Shown: positions 11,401 to 19,672 of the stretch, piece by piece | Layout: each line of letters starts with the position of its first letter | Position numbering within the stretch: position 1 is the stretch's first letter | DNA from: a virus | IMG/VR virus record: IMGVR_UViG_3300026189_000002 | Span: 49,063-113,062 of that record | Length of the DNA: 64,000 bases | Reading direction: 5' to 3' (one strand) | Program-made: the position numbers and the translations under genes | Notes under the pieces: generated by a model | Databases searched by the model: none | Seen by the model: only the letters and a program-made list of their open reading frames with translations | Told to the model about the DNA's origin: nothing

Positions 11401-12403
11401 TTTTTCTGATTTTGACGTGTTATTAGTTCCATCGATAACAAATAGAAAAATTTGCCAAGAAATATTGGATTTGGTAGAGGATAGGTTTGATTGTGTTTAT
11501 ATAATGGATCTGGAAAAATTAGATCAAGCAGGAAATATTTTAGACCCCGAAATACAGCAGATTATACAAGATCGCTACGATGAGATTGCGTTAAGCAATT
11601 TAAATGAGTTTACCACGATCGTTCCTAATACGGTGCCTTTATATTCTGATGATAAAACTTTGGAAAACTTTAGAGACATTTCAGAAGATTCAAGCTTCTG
11701 TTCAGTTTTTTTTCCTGGCGCCAGATACAATAAAGAATTTGGGGGTGTTACAGAAAATATCGCAATCCCAGGTTCTTCTTGTGCAGCCATGGTTTTAGCC
11801 AATACGCAAAAAGAAAAATCGTTAGCAGTAGCTACTACTGGAAAAACTAACGGAAGTCTACCATTAGAATTAGCAGAAAGATCAATAGTTATAGGCCCAG
11901 ATATAGAAAGATCTAGATATTCAAGTTTAGGTATTAATTTATTTTTACCCAGCGAATCAGGATCTGGAATACACTTATCGGAAGCTAAAACCCTTATATT
12001 AAATACCTTAGGAAATAATTCAGGAAGAGATAGTAATCTATATTATCTTGCGCACAGAAGATCTATAATACACTTTAGAAGAGCGGTTAGGAATGCGTCT
12101 ATGAGAACACTTTTTCAAGAAAATTCCAAAACTAATACAACCAAACTTTTAAGAACTAGGATAAACGCGCTAGGTAGTTTAATGGTAGAAAACGACATTA
12201 TAGACAGTTATTCTATAGTGTTTCCACACCCAGGAGAGTCTACCGGTTTAATTAATATAGCGGATGCTGCAACTTCCTCTCCATCTATTATCTACGGAAC
12301 AGGAAATCAACTGGTAAGAGGATTAATTAATATAAAATTAAGGTCTTCAAATATAGAAGAAGAAATAGAAGCAGAAGCTGATGACGATAATCCGAATGCA
12401 TAA
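8408..12403 (+). CDS. Divergent tail sheath-like protein 3 (1331 aa)
   Basis: Shares 'GPAFVP', 'FVRILG.GDGK.RN.DGTVTNAGF', 'P.FVSQ....DLFR.HA..DG', 'LPFGFRG' and 'GGFDG' blocks with sheaths 1 and 2, but the C-terminal sheath motifs are eroded. Confidence 0.8.
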   Translation: MSEFPLKHSGVTARFTTGSVNTGSSNVITGIPYCLIGTSVSGPAFVPLSFGNKEKFSQIHGDLVSDHLAQVTTDELLNLEQDVTFVRILGTGDGKPRNLDGTVTNAGFIVGENQIQNNVVIDTRPTINNNQQMDEIVETNTLLERSLGNNKFSHSPINTAEASNSHGRTYILGCFLKPYIISRVAGGGLFDLPDNSKINTFTRSGIDMSKKSAPIIRAVIMAASGVSLSVSSSIENTHNEPIDQGVTGIFGIGKDAGHQIGNVDKGPGGALQEFCLFQNGHKDASKRKLNLSFDKTNDRFFASILNRDPDRLEEEGHYLYTSYDDVYFSDAVVDNAYTNATPKAPEVQGDQELQGIEDGEYSVFCLRTNSGIGAQAQQKVLIAHDDGLNGETIIITIPANIHGQGIPAQATPITIKIKTVEAVIEDLDGLTNTIVVSIAGLQGVALARIEIAQRIKEVLNRKLDDQGNPDFLHHVHNLPAELTSSESLIKGIIAEHDPAVDTVNLILKALGNGIYGNSILIETSDESKIAAQGSTFEGGIDNQPGSSGTTSTEDYLGIPNFEKFRNRYTHPKTPFFVSQTVNGRVYDLFRLHAVSDGEHKEPIVATIKQISPSASSFQNRIENTSDRQVNVDLYGTFSLEISGSIIGDPILADNLSLDPSSPDFISRRIGDVHLYHNLDSSEKTVVAGKYPAFSNDPQTFGKIRVEVNPAIERKEIPPECLPFGFRGMPHLATAGNTDANSNGIFYLQDDCPAVIKNMLNSVTEPPFPLRDRIWVDLNSEPSVTNVSWGAATQVLGTNKNLFNNMSFTRYFPDFNTNIQNPWIVDNTSKTILGGKEINNDKFNNNGFSLEKILVPCNADEDGVKSILGTFTDGDITNPRDLPGYFWKAARYIRDGIDDGGILLNYPNKDDTRFNLSAGNSTKFLELKDLLNTGVQTLAKFSCLFYGGFDGLNIFDKQKRNMTNLALYDEQSELSHNKHLGGPTFNAYRTALDIVKDKSFSDFDVLLVPSITNRKICQEILDLVEDRFDCVYIMDLEKLDQAGNILDPEIQQIIQDRYDEIALSNLNEFTTIVPNTVPLYSDDKTLENFRDISEDSSFCSVFFPGARYNKEFGGVTENIAIPGSSCAAMVLANTQKEKSLAVATTGKTNGSLPLELAERSIVIGPDIERSRYSSLGINLFLPSESGSGIHLSEAKTLILNTLGNNSGRDSNLYYLAHRRSIIHFRRAVRNASMRTLFQENSKTNTTKLLRTRINALGSLMVENDIIDSYSIVFPHPGESTGLINIADAATSSPSIIYGTGNQLVRGLINIKLRSSNIEEEIEAEADDDNPNA

Positions 12404-12446
12404 TCTACAAATGTATAATTGAAACGAAAAGTTTTTCTTTCAGTAC

Positions 12447-12453
12447 ATATTTA
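12447..12453 (+). promoter_or_regulatory. Putative late promoter ATAnTTA (representative copy, upstream of tail tube)
   Basis: The same heptamer recurs upstream of many structural/head genes (see findings). Confidence 0.45.
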
Positions 12454-12489
12454 ATATAGAGATACTCATTGAGTTAGGAGATTTACAAA

Positions 12490-12978
12490 ATGCCAAATAC
12501 TTTACCAGTATCGGACATGCTGCCAAATAAGTTTGAGCCCAAAAGAAAGTTTAGATGGGTTTTTGCTATTGAAGGTATAGACGCTTTTCTTATGAAGACA
12601 GCAAACCGTCCGACTATAAATACTGAAGAGATTACAATTCCTTACATGAACCACACAAGGTATGTAGCTGGAAAGACTACTTTTGATACAGTTTCAGTCA
12701 CTCTTCACGACCCGATTGCTCCTTCAGGCGCACAGCAGGTTATGGAATGGGTAAGAACCCACTTTGAATCTGTTTCAGGTCGAGCTGGTTATGCTGATTT
12801 TTACAAGCGCGATTGTCAATTAAAGCTTCTTGATCCTGTTGGAACCGTTGTTGAACTATGGGACCTAAAAGGAACTTTTATAACAAGCGCCGGCTTTGGA
12901 GATTTAGATTACGGTGCTAGTGATCCTACCGAAATATCTCTAACGCTACGATTTGATAACTGTATACTCCAGTATTAA
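12490..12978 (+). CDS. Tail tube protein (T4 gp19-like)
   Basis: 'FEPKRKFRW', 'TLHDPIAPSGAQQVMEW', 'YKRD..L.LLDPVG.VVE.W.L.G', 'ISLTLRFD'; follows the sheath genes; AGGAG SD. Confidence 0.9.
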   Translation: MPNTLPVSDMLPNKFEPKRKFRWVFAIEGIDAFLMKTANRPTINTEEITIPYMNHTRYVAGKTTFDTVSVTLHDPIAPSGAQQVMEWVRTHFESVSGRAGYADFYKRDCQLKLLDPVGTVVELWDLKGTFITSAGFGDLDYGASDPTEISLTLRFDNCILQY

Positions 12979-13009
12979 TAAAAAATTAGTTAATTTTTTC
13001 TCCCTGGTA

Positions 13010-13038
13010 TTTACATTAGCAATAAAAAAAATTACATT
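13010..13038 (+). promoter_or_regulatory. Sigma70-like promoter TTTACA-17-TACATT upstream of tail chaperone
   Basis: Spacer counted from sequence; intergenic. Confidence 0.4.
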
Positions 13039-13072
13039 TATTTGGAATATAAAATAGAAAAGGGTTTTTTTT

Positions 13073-13924
13073 ATGTCAAATGACAACAGGGAGAATAATG
13101 CTATCTTCACTGCAGATGCAGCTCAGCGAGCTGGGTTTCAGGCTAGAAATGTATTAAAAGACGATTTCGGTCTAGAAATTCCAGTAGAGTCAATTCCACT
13201 TCCTTCGGGTGGAAAAGTATACAGCGCAGACTCTGCTCTATACGGAAAAGAAAGTATAGAAATAAGAGCAATGACAGCAAAAGAGGAAGATATATTAACC
13301 TCTAGAGCTCTTATTAAAAAAGGCACTGTAATAACAGAACTAATAAAGTCATGCTTAATAGATAAAACTATAGACGTAGACGAAATGATTGCAGGGGATA
13401 GAAATGCAATCATGACTGCTTTAAGAATTACCGGTTACGGTTCTGAATATAATGTAGAAGTAGACTGCCCTAATTGTGGCGGTAGAAGTAAACACGATTT
13501 TCAACTATCTGAGCTTCCTATAAACTATCTAGAAAAAAACCCAGTTGCTGAAGGCGCAAATTTATTTGAGTTTAGTCTTCCTGTTTCTAAGAAAAAAGTA
13601 CATTTTAAATTTTTGAATGGCAAAGATGAGACAGAGATAGCTGTAGCTCAAGAAAGAAGAAAAAAGCAAGGGATGAAGTCTGATAACTTAATAACAACAA
13701 GACTTCAGTATGCAATAGTTGCAGTCGAAGAAATAACCGATAAGAACAAGATAAACACTTTTATCAGAAGTATGCCTGCAAGAGATTCTTTAGCTCTTAG
13801 ACGCTTTATAGATTCTACTGAGCCAGGAATAGAAATGAAAGCGTGGATGGACTGCCCCCACTGCGATGAAAGTTCGGAGGTAAATCTGCCCTTAGGGGCC
13901 TCGTTTTTTTGGCCTGAATCCTGA
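13073..13924 (+). CDS. Tail/baseplate assembly chaperone (T4 gp26-like) with two CxxC pairs
   Basis: 'LPSGG..Y', 'MTAKEEDILT', 'GDRNAI..LRI.GYG.EY', CPNC and CPHC, ends in FFWP; position between tube and tape measure. Confidence 0.8.
   Translation: MSNDNRENNAIFTADAAQRAGFQARNVLKDDFGLEIPVESIPLPSGGKVYSADSALYGKESIEIRAMTAKEEDILTSRALIKKGTVITELIKSCLIDKTIDVDEMIAGDRNAIMTALRITGYGSEYNVEVDCPNCGGRSKHDFQLSELPINYLEKNPVAEGANLFEFSLPVSKKKVHFKFLNGKDETEIAVAQERRKKQGMKSDNLITTRLQYAIVAVEEITDKNKINTFIRSMPARDSLALRRFIDSTEPGIEMKAWMDCPHCDESSEVNLPLGASFFWPES
13904..13912 (+). other. Putative programmed frameshift slippery site TTTTTTTGG (+1 or -2)
   Basis: T7 run at the chaperone 3' end; the shifted frame is open from 13896 through 14174 and contains the next ORF. 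Confidence 0.65.
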
Positions 13925-13961
13925 GGATAAAAACATATTTTTAGAAGCCATATTTACCTTA

Positions 13962-14174
13962 ATGTATTATATGGGCTTTACATATAGAGAAGCTTATATG
14001 CTTCCTATATGGCAGAGAATATGGTTTATTAATAGAATATCTGAAGAGTTTAAGAGAGCAAACGAAAGGCAATCTCAAGCTTCAAGAGCTGCTCACGACA
14101 ATACGCCCGACATGAGAGCCCTCCAGGGCAATTCCAGAAGCCATGTACCTTCTAGATTATCTAGGTTTACTTAA
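13962..14174 (+). CDS. Tail chaperone C-terminal extension (gpT / gp51-like), probably made by frameshift
   Basis: 'YYMGFTYREAYMLPIWQRIWFINR' resembles gp51/gpT-type helical motif; no SD; frame open upstream (FFGLNPEDKNIFLEAIFTL). Confidence 0.7.
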   Translation: MYYMGFTYREAYMLPIWQRIWFINRISEEFKRANERQSQASRAAHDNTPDMRALQGNSRSHVPSRLSRFT

Positions 14175-14239
14175 AATAATGTCTAAGGTGAACTTAGGCA
14201 ATATAATAATTATTTCCATGAAGATTTTGGTAAAGTAAT

Positions 14240-17200
14240 ATGGCTGATGAAGATTTAGGAAACCAACTTAAAATTCAGCAGCAGATCAACAACGTTCTCG
14301 CTAAAAGGCAGAAAATGTTGCTTGATCAAGTCCAAACGCTTGGTGCTCAAGCCAAGATGGCTAAAGAAATATGCAAAGGTCTAGAGTGTAAAGAGCTAGA
14401 CGGCATGGACGAAAGAATTAATAGTATAAATGGAGGATTAAAAGACGTAAGAACTCGCACCGATGAACTAAACGGTGCACTAGATCAAACCGGTAAAAAT
14501 GCTAATAAAGCAGCTAAAGGCATTTTTAATATGAGCAACGCTGTTAAAGCGGCAGCTTTAGTAGGTTTCGCCGGCGGCGTAGTATCTGCTTTTAAGGGCG
14601 CATTAACTATAATAAAAAACGTTATATCCGCTGCTGTAACTTTAGTTAAAACAATCTACAATATAGGTAAAGCCGTTGTAAGCATACCATTTCAGGTAAT
14701 GGAAGGATTATCTAAAATGGCTGCCAAAACGCACGATATGTTAATTCCCGTAAGGGAAGCAGTTCAAGACATAGTAAGAGAATTTGGCAGCTTATCTTCG
14801 AACGAAGGCAAAGCTGTAATTGGTACATTTAAAACGCTGCAGAAACAGTCTAAGACTTTAGCAAAGGCTGGAATAAGTTTAGGAAACGCTTATGGTATAG
14901 ATGAGGCCGGCGCTGCAGCTAGACTAAAGGCTATGAATGAAATGGGGAAAGCTGCAGGCGCAGGAATTCACATTTTATCAAAAGATATTAAAGAAAATTC
15001 CATTGTTCTAGACGTTATGAGAAGAACCATAGGTCTTACAGCTGAACAGCAGGCCTTTATGGGTCTTATGGCTAAAAAGTCCGGAAAGTCAATGCTGCAA
15101 GCTCAAAAAGATTTTCACGAAGCCGCAATAGCTGCCGGCGTAGGAAGCAAGATAAGCTCAAAAGTTATCGGAAAAGCTATGGGTGAAATAATATCCGATT
15201 TCGAAGAGTTTGGAGAAATGGCCCCAGAAGCTCTTGCTAACACTGCAGCTTTTGCTTTAAAATTAGGCGTAGAAATCAAATCGTTAAAGGGGCTGCTTAA
15301 GTTTGATAATTTTGAAACAGCGGCTAAATCTGCAGCAAAACTTGCAGGAGCTTTTGGCATTAATGTTGATGCAATGAAGTTAATGAGAACTCAGGATGTT
15401 GCCGAACGCTTAAAGTACTTACAGCAACAGTTTAAAGCTTCTGGAAAAACTATAGAAGGTATGAGCCGAATTGGATTTAAAAATCTAAGTAGCGCTTTAG
15501 GCGACATGGACAGAAAGACAATAGAGTTAGCTTTTTCTAACGAAGGTCTAAATTTGTCGTACGAAAAAATAAAAAATGCAACTAAGGATAATAAGAAAGA
15601 AGGAAGAAGCACGGAGCAAATACTTTCAGATGTTGCTGACAACTTAGGAAAAGTTGTCCATAAAATGGAGAAAGAATTTAAAGGGTTTTTTGATGCATTT
15701 AAATCCGGTTTTCTTGACGGGATTTTTAGATCTAAAGAAATGCGAGGTATGCTAGTTAATTTAGCATCTGCATTAAGACAAACTTTTTATGCCGGCAGAG
15801 AAGTAGGCTACATGTTTATGGCGCTGTTTCCAGGTGTCTCTGACATGGCCGGCGCACTAAAAGAGTTTTTTAGTCCCAAGGTAATAGGTAGATTATTATC
15901 AGGAATAAAAGATGCTTTTAGACAGCTTTTTTTAGATTTACAGGCTGACCCTAATTCAGGCTTCGAAGGTTTTATACATCGATTAAGAATAGCGTTTTCT
16001 AATTTCTTTGCTACAAATGGATACCTCTACAATATTCTTGTCGAAGGAGCACAAACAGCGCTTACTGCACTTTCTGGATTAGCAGCTCAACTAGTTGATT
16101 TTATAGTTCCTCAAATAGCTACAGGCCTAGGTCACCTTGCTGACTTTTTAAGAACTGGAAGTTTCGATACATTGAGAGCTGTAGGAGGGTGGTGGACAGA
16201 TATCATGGATCCTCTCCTAACATCTCTTGAAAACAACCTTCCAATATTGGGTTCTGCCTTAGGAGATTTTTTTACAGTAGCGTGGGATTTAGCAAAACCT
16301 CACGTCATGGCCGGCCTTAAAGAATTTGGAAAGTGGCTATTATATTACATGGGAGCCGTCATAGTCTTTAGCACAGGTAAAGCTGTAGTCAGCACTGTTT
16401 TAGCAGGCATAGTATCATCTATGCTTTTCGGCGGAGCTATTGGCACACCTGGAATGGCTGCCGCGCAAACAGCTGAAATGAGAACAGTAATAGGCGGGCT
16501 GGCAACTATGTCAACCGGCGAGATTGCAAGAGCGTCAGCTAATCTAGCGATAATAGGCACTATACTTTTAGTAGCGCTAGGAGGAGCTGTTACTGTTATT
16601 GCGATGATGATAAAAGGAGCAAAGGTTTCTCTAGAGCAAGTCGGCTCTGCTGCCATAGCCTTAATAGGAATAACTGGATCAATTGCACTTATGGCATACG
16701 CAGCAACAGCCTTGGCTGGTATATCAGAAGGCTCAATATTTAAGGCAACCTCCGCAATGATCGCAATTGGCGTGTTTACTGGCGTTTTAGGTTTAGCGGC
16801 TGTAGGATTAGCTAGCTTGATGAAGTGTGTTCCTATAACTGCAGTAGCCGCGTTTGCTGGAATGATGGTAACTTTAGTAGGTTCAATAGTTGCAATAGCA
16901 TTTACTGCTAAAACTCTGGGTCTAGCTTTTGCTGGACCGCAAGCATTAATAGCAGGCCCTGCTTTATTAGCTGGAATGGTAGTCTTAGGAAAAGTATCTT
17001 TGGCTGTCGTTGGCTTTGCAACAGCTTTTATACTGGCATTTAAATCATTTAATCCAAGCGATATGGATAATGCAGTTAAAGCATCGACTGTAACATTCGA
17101 TTTAATGAAAACAGTTGTAATGGTTGCAGCTGCTACTCTAGCTTCAGGAATGTCTCATGCTTTTACAGCAATAGCAGTAGGAAGAGATCCAGTTGCAGAC

Positions 17201-19378
17201 GGCCTTAGAACTTTAGAGGGCGTAACAAAAATAATGCAAGACTTTTTGCCTAAAATAATAAAAAATATAGTGAAGGCACTAGAAGGAGTTAACGTAGAGG
17301 AAACAAAAGCAACAGTTCAAGCAGTAGAATCGGTAATGAATGCATTAAGCCCCATGATAAACGTCACCGCGGCTTTAGGACAAACAGCTGCCGGCTTAGC
17401 GTCTGCTCAAAGAGATAATCCAGTTGACCCTCAAGAAATAAAAGAAGTTTTAAAAACTGTACAAGATGGAATGAGCAGCGTTTTTACAGGCGTTCAAGAT
17501 GTAGTGAATACAATAGTTTCTAGTCTTACAGAACTTACTCCTGGTCAAATAAAAGCTGCGTCTGCAGCTGCTCCTGTAATGAAAGCTACTGGCGCAATGT
17601 TAAGCGCAATTATGGGCCCAGTCAATACTGTTCTTAAAGGCGCGCGTGATATTCGCGACGGAATCAAAGAAGGCGAGACTCTTTTTATGGCCGCTGATTA
17701 CGAAAGAAGAGACTACGGTATAAGCGCAGACAAAGTAAAAGACACGATGAAAGCTTTGGGCGAGACTCTTCCCGGAGTAATGAAATCCATGGGTGCTGCT
17801 GTAACGTCCATAATGGGAGCAATAAAAGAGTTTACCATAACAGAATCAGAGGGTAAAAATATATCAAGGGTTGCTAAGATAATGAGGCCTGCCGGACAAG
17901 CTGTTTTAAACATTTCTAAAGCCATGTCGGGATTTATGGAAATGCTAAAGTCTCTGGGAGGTGAAAAATGGAATGACTACCCTGTTTTATTTGATAGCAT
18001 TAACACGATGGGAATGCTTTTAACTGGAGGATCCGGCTTCTACTTAGACGAAGACGGCAACGAAAAAGCAGGAACACGCGTAACAACATCGGGGCTTTTG
18101 CCTATAATAAAAGGCATGATAACTTTCTTTGACGGAGTTACAATAACAGGAAACTTACAAACATTAAAAGCCAAATCAGAAGCTATAGCTGGAGTAGTAA
18201 GCGCAATAGGCGCAGTAACTGGAACACTAGGTGGTGCTATAAGCACTTTATTTGGATCAAGCGCTAAAAAACACGGCATAGATTCAATGTCCGCAACGAC
18301 CATAGCTAACACTGTGCTAAAAGCAAAAATGATAGTTGATGGAATGATAGCAGCTGGATTTGGCGAAACAGGTTTCGTAAAAGATTTAATGGACAAAATA
18401 TATAGTTTTGGAGACGATGCTTTTGGAAAAGGCGGTATTAAAAAAGTAAGATTTGTTGCTAAAAAAGCAAAACTTATAGGCGAAATAATGGGCGTTATAC
18501 CTACGCTGACTACCATGGTAACCTCTATAAAGACAATGCAAAAGATGATAGGCCCTAGTATTTTTGATTCCATACTAGCAGAAGCCGATCCAGAGGCTGC
18601 AGCTAATAAATTTAATAATCCTATACAGTCTCTTTGGGATAATACAATTAGCAAGTTTTTTGGCGAGGACGGAAAAATTGGTCCTCTTGAGCTGATATTA
18701 AGTCACATGCAGCAAGTAGCTTCTATTATAAAAGAGCCTAAAAAACTATCTTCTAGAGTAAGTGCAATGTCGTCTGCTTTCGATGCTGTGGGAAGAATGT
18801 CTACTCTACTACAAAGATTTGGTTCAGATCCTCAAGAAGGAAACGGAAAGCCTCCTCCTCCAAGTGCATACACAGCCGCTCAAAAAGGAGCATCTCGATT
18901 AGCGACTATATTAAGCAACGAAAATTTTACTAAAGTAATAAACAGGGTCAAACTTTTCGCAGGAAAAGGCGATATGTCACTTCCTAATACAACTCAGAGC
19001 AAATATACTATAGCCAGACTAAAGCATATGTCTCTAGCTTATGCAGAAATGCAAAAAGTATTAGAAGGCAAAAGCTCTGGAGACTTTTCAAAAATGGTTA
19101 ACGACCCAGATTTTGCAGCTAATTTTGTAAAAAATATAAACAACATAAACAAAGTGTTTAAAGAAACCGGTGGAATACAGTCTGTCGCCGCAAAACTAAA
19201 CGAAGGCGGAACTATAGAAGTAAAACACAGTTTAAGAAATGTTCAAATGCATATTGCTGTCCACATAGATTCACAGCAATTAGTGAAAGAGTTGTATGAT
19301 GTCTCGGCTATGACTGTGGGCAAAGGAAACCAAAAAGCTCAAAAGCGCAAGCTAAACTACGTTTTAGCTACTCCATAA
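14240..19378 (+). CDS. Tape measure protein (1712 aa)
   Basis: Very long helical Ala/Gly-rich protein with a central hydrophobic multi-helix region; canonical position after the chaperone. Confidence 0.85.
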   Translation: MADEDLGNQLKIQQQINNVLAKRQKMLLDQVQTLGAQAKMAKEICKGLECKELDGMDERINSINGGLKDVRTRTDELNGALDQTGKNANKAAKGIFNMSNAVKAAALVGFAGGVVSAFKGALTIIKNVISAAVTLVKTIYNIGKAVVSIPFQVMEGLSKMAAKTHDMLIPVREAVQDIVREFGSLSSNEGKAVIGTFKTLQKQSKTLAKAGISLGNAYGIDEAGAAARLKAMNEMGKAAGAGIHILSKDIKENSIVLDVMRRTIGLTAEQQAFMGLMAKKSGKSMLQAQKDFHEAAIAAGVGSKISSKVIGKAMGEIISDFEEFGEMAPEALANTAAFALKLGVEIKSLKGLLKFDNFETAAKSAAKLAGAFGINVDAMKLMRTQDVAERLKYLQQQFKASGKTIEGMSRIGFKNLSSALGDMDRKTIELAFSNEGLNLSYEKIKNATKDNKKEGRSTEQILSDVADNLGKVVHKMEKEFKGFFDAFKSGFLDGIFRSKEMRGMLVNLASALRQTFYAGREVGYMFMALFPGVSDMAGALKEFFSPKVIGRLLSGIKDAFRQLFLDLQADPNSGFEGFIHRLRIAFSNFFATNGYLYNILVEGAQTALTALSGLAAQLVDFIVPQIATGLGHLADFLRTGSFDTLRAVGGWWTDIMDPLLTSLENNLPILGSALGDFFTVAWDLAKPHVMAGLKEFGKWLLYYMGAVIVFSTGKAVVSTVLAGIVSSMLFGGAIGTPGMAAAQTAEMRTVIGGLATMSTGEIARASANLAIIGTILLVALGGAVTVIAMMIKGAKVSLEQVGSAAIALIGITGSIALMAYAATALAGISEGSIFKATSAMIAIGVFTGVLGLAAVGLASLMKCVPITAVAAFAGMMVTLVGSIVAIAFTAKTLGLAFAGPQALIAGPALLAGMVVLGKVSLAVVGFATAFILAFKSFNPSDMDNAVKASTVTFDLMKTVVMVAAATLASGMSHAFTAIAVGRDPVADGLRTLEGVTKIMQDFLPKIIKNIVKALEGVNVEETKATVQAVESVMNALSPMINVTAALGQTAAGLASAQRDNPVDPQEIKEVLKTVQDGMSSVFTGVQDVVNTIVSSLTELTPGQIKAASAAAPVMKATGAMLSAIMGPVNTVLKGARDIRDGIKEGETLFMAADYERRDYGISADKVKDTMKALGETLPGVMKSMGAAVTSIMGAIKEFTITESEGKNISRVAKIMRPAGQAVLNISKAMSGFMEMLKSLGGEKWNDYPVLFDSINTMGMLLTGGSGFYLDEDGNEKAGTRVTTSGLLPIIKGMITFFDGVTITGNLQTLKAKSEAIAGVVSAIGAVTGTLGGAISTLFGSSAKKHGIDSMSATTIANTVLKAKMIVDGMIAAGFGETGFVKDLMDKIYSFGDDAFGKGGIKKVRFVAKKAKLIGEIMGVIPTLTTMVTSIKTMQKMIGPSIFDSILAEADPEAAANKFNNPIQSLWDNTISKFFGEDGKIGPLELILSHMQQVASIIKEPKKLSSRVSAMSSAFDAVGRMSTLLQRFGSDPQEGNGKPPPPSAYTAAQKGASRLATILSNENFTKVINRVKLFAGKGDMSLPNTTQSKYTIARLKHMSLAYAEMQKVLEGKSSGDFSKMVNDPDFAANFVKNINNINKVFKETGGIQSVAAKLNEGGTIEVKHSLRNVQMHIAVHIDSQQLVKELYDVSAMTVGKGNQKAQKRKLNYVLATP

Positions 19379-19399
19379 TTTAAAGAAAGGTTTTATGTC

Positions 19400-19672
19400 A
19401 TGGTAGATAAAAATGAAATGTATAAACTTCAAGCTTTAGCAGAATGGAAAAGGCAGCTTGAAAACAACGAAGGCATTCCTGCAATGTATAGAAAAATGTT
19501 TCCGGAAAATACAGAATTTTGGGATAAGATAATAGAAAAGTATGTAAAAGAAGTAGCTTGGCTTGGTTTTTCTGCCAAAGATAATTTTTCTGGAGTAACA
19601 GAAAAAGATATCGAGAAAACAGTAAACGATTTAAAAAATAGGCCCAGCGGTTATAAAGAAGATAAAAAATGA
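19400..19672 (+). CDS. Hypothetical protein (90 aa), tail module
   Basis: ORF with AAGG upstream; ATGA overlap with next gene. Confidence 0.55.
   Translation: MVDKNEMYKLQALAEWKRQLENNEGIPAMYRKMFPENTEFWDKIIEKYVKEVAWLGFSAKDNFSGVTEKDIEKTVNDLKNRPSGYKEDKK

Noticed and set aside
12980-12999. AAAAAATTA-gt-TAATTTTTT hairpin after the tail tube gene as terminator
   Set aside because: AT-only stem with a 2-nt loop, too weak to call
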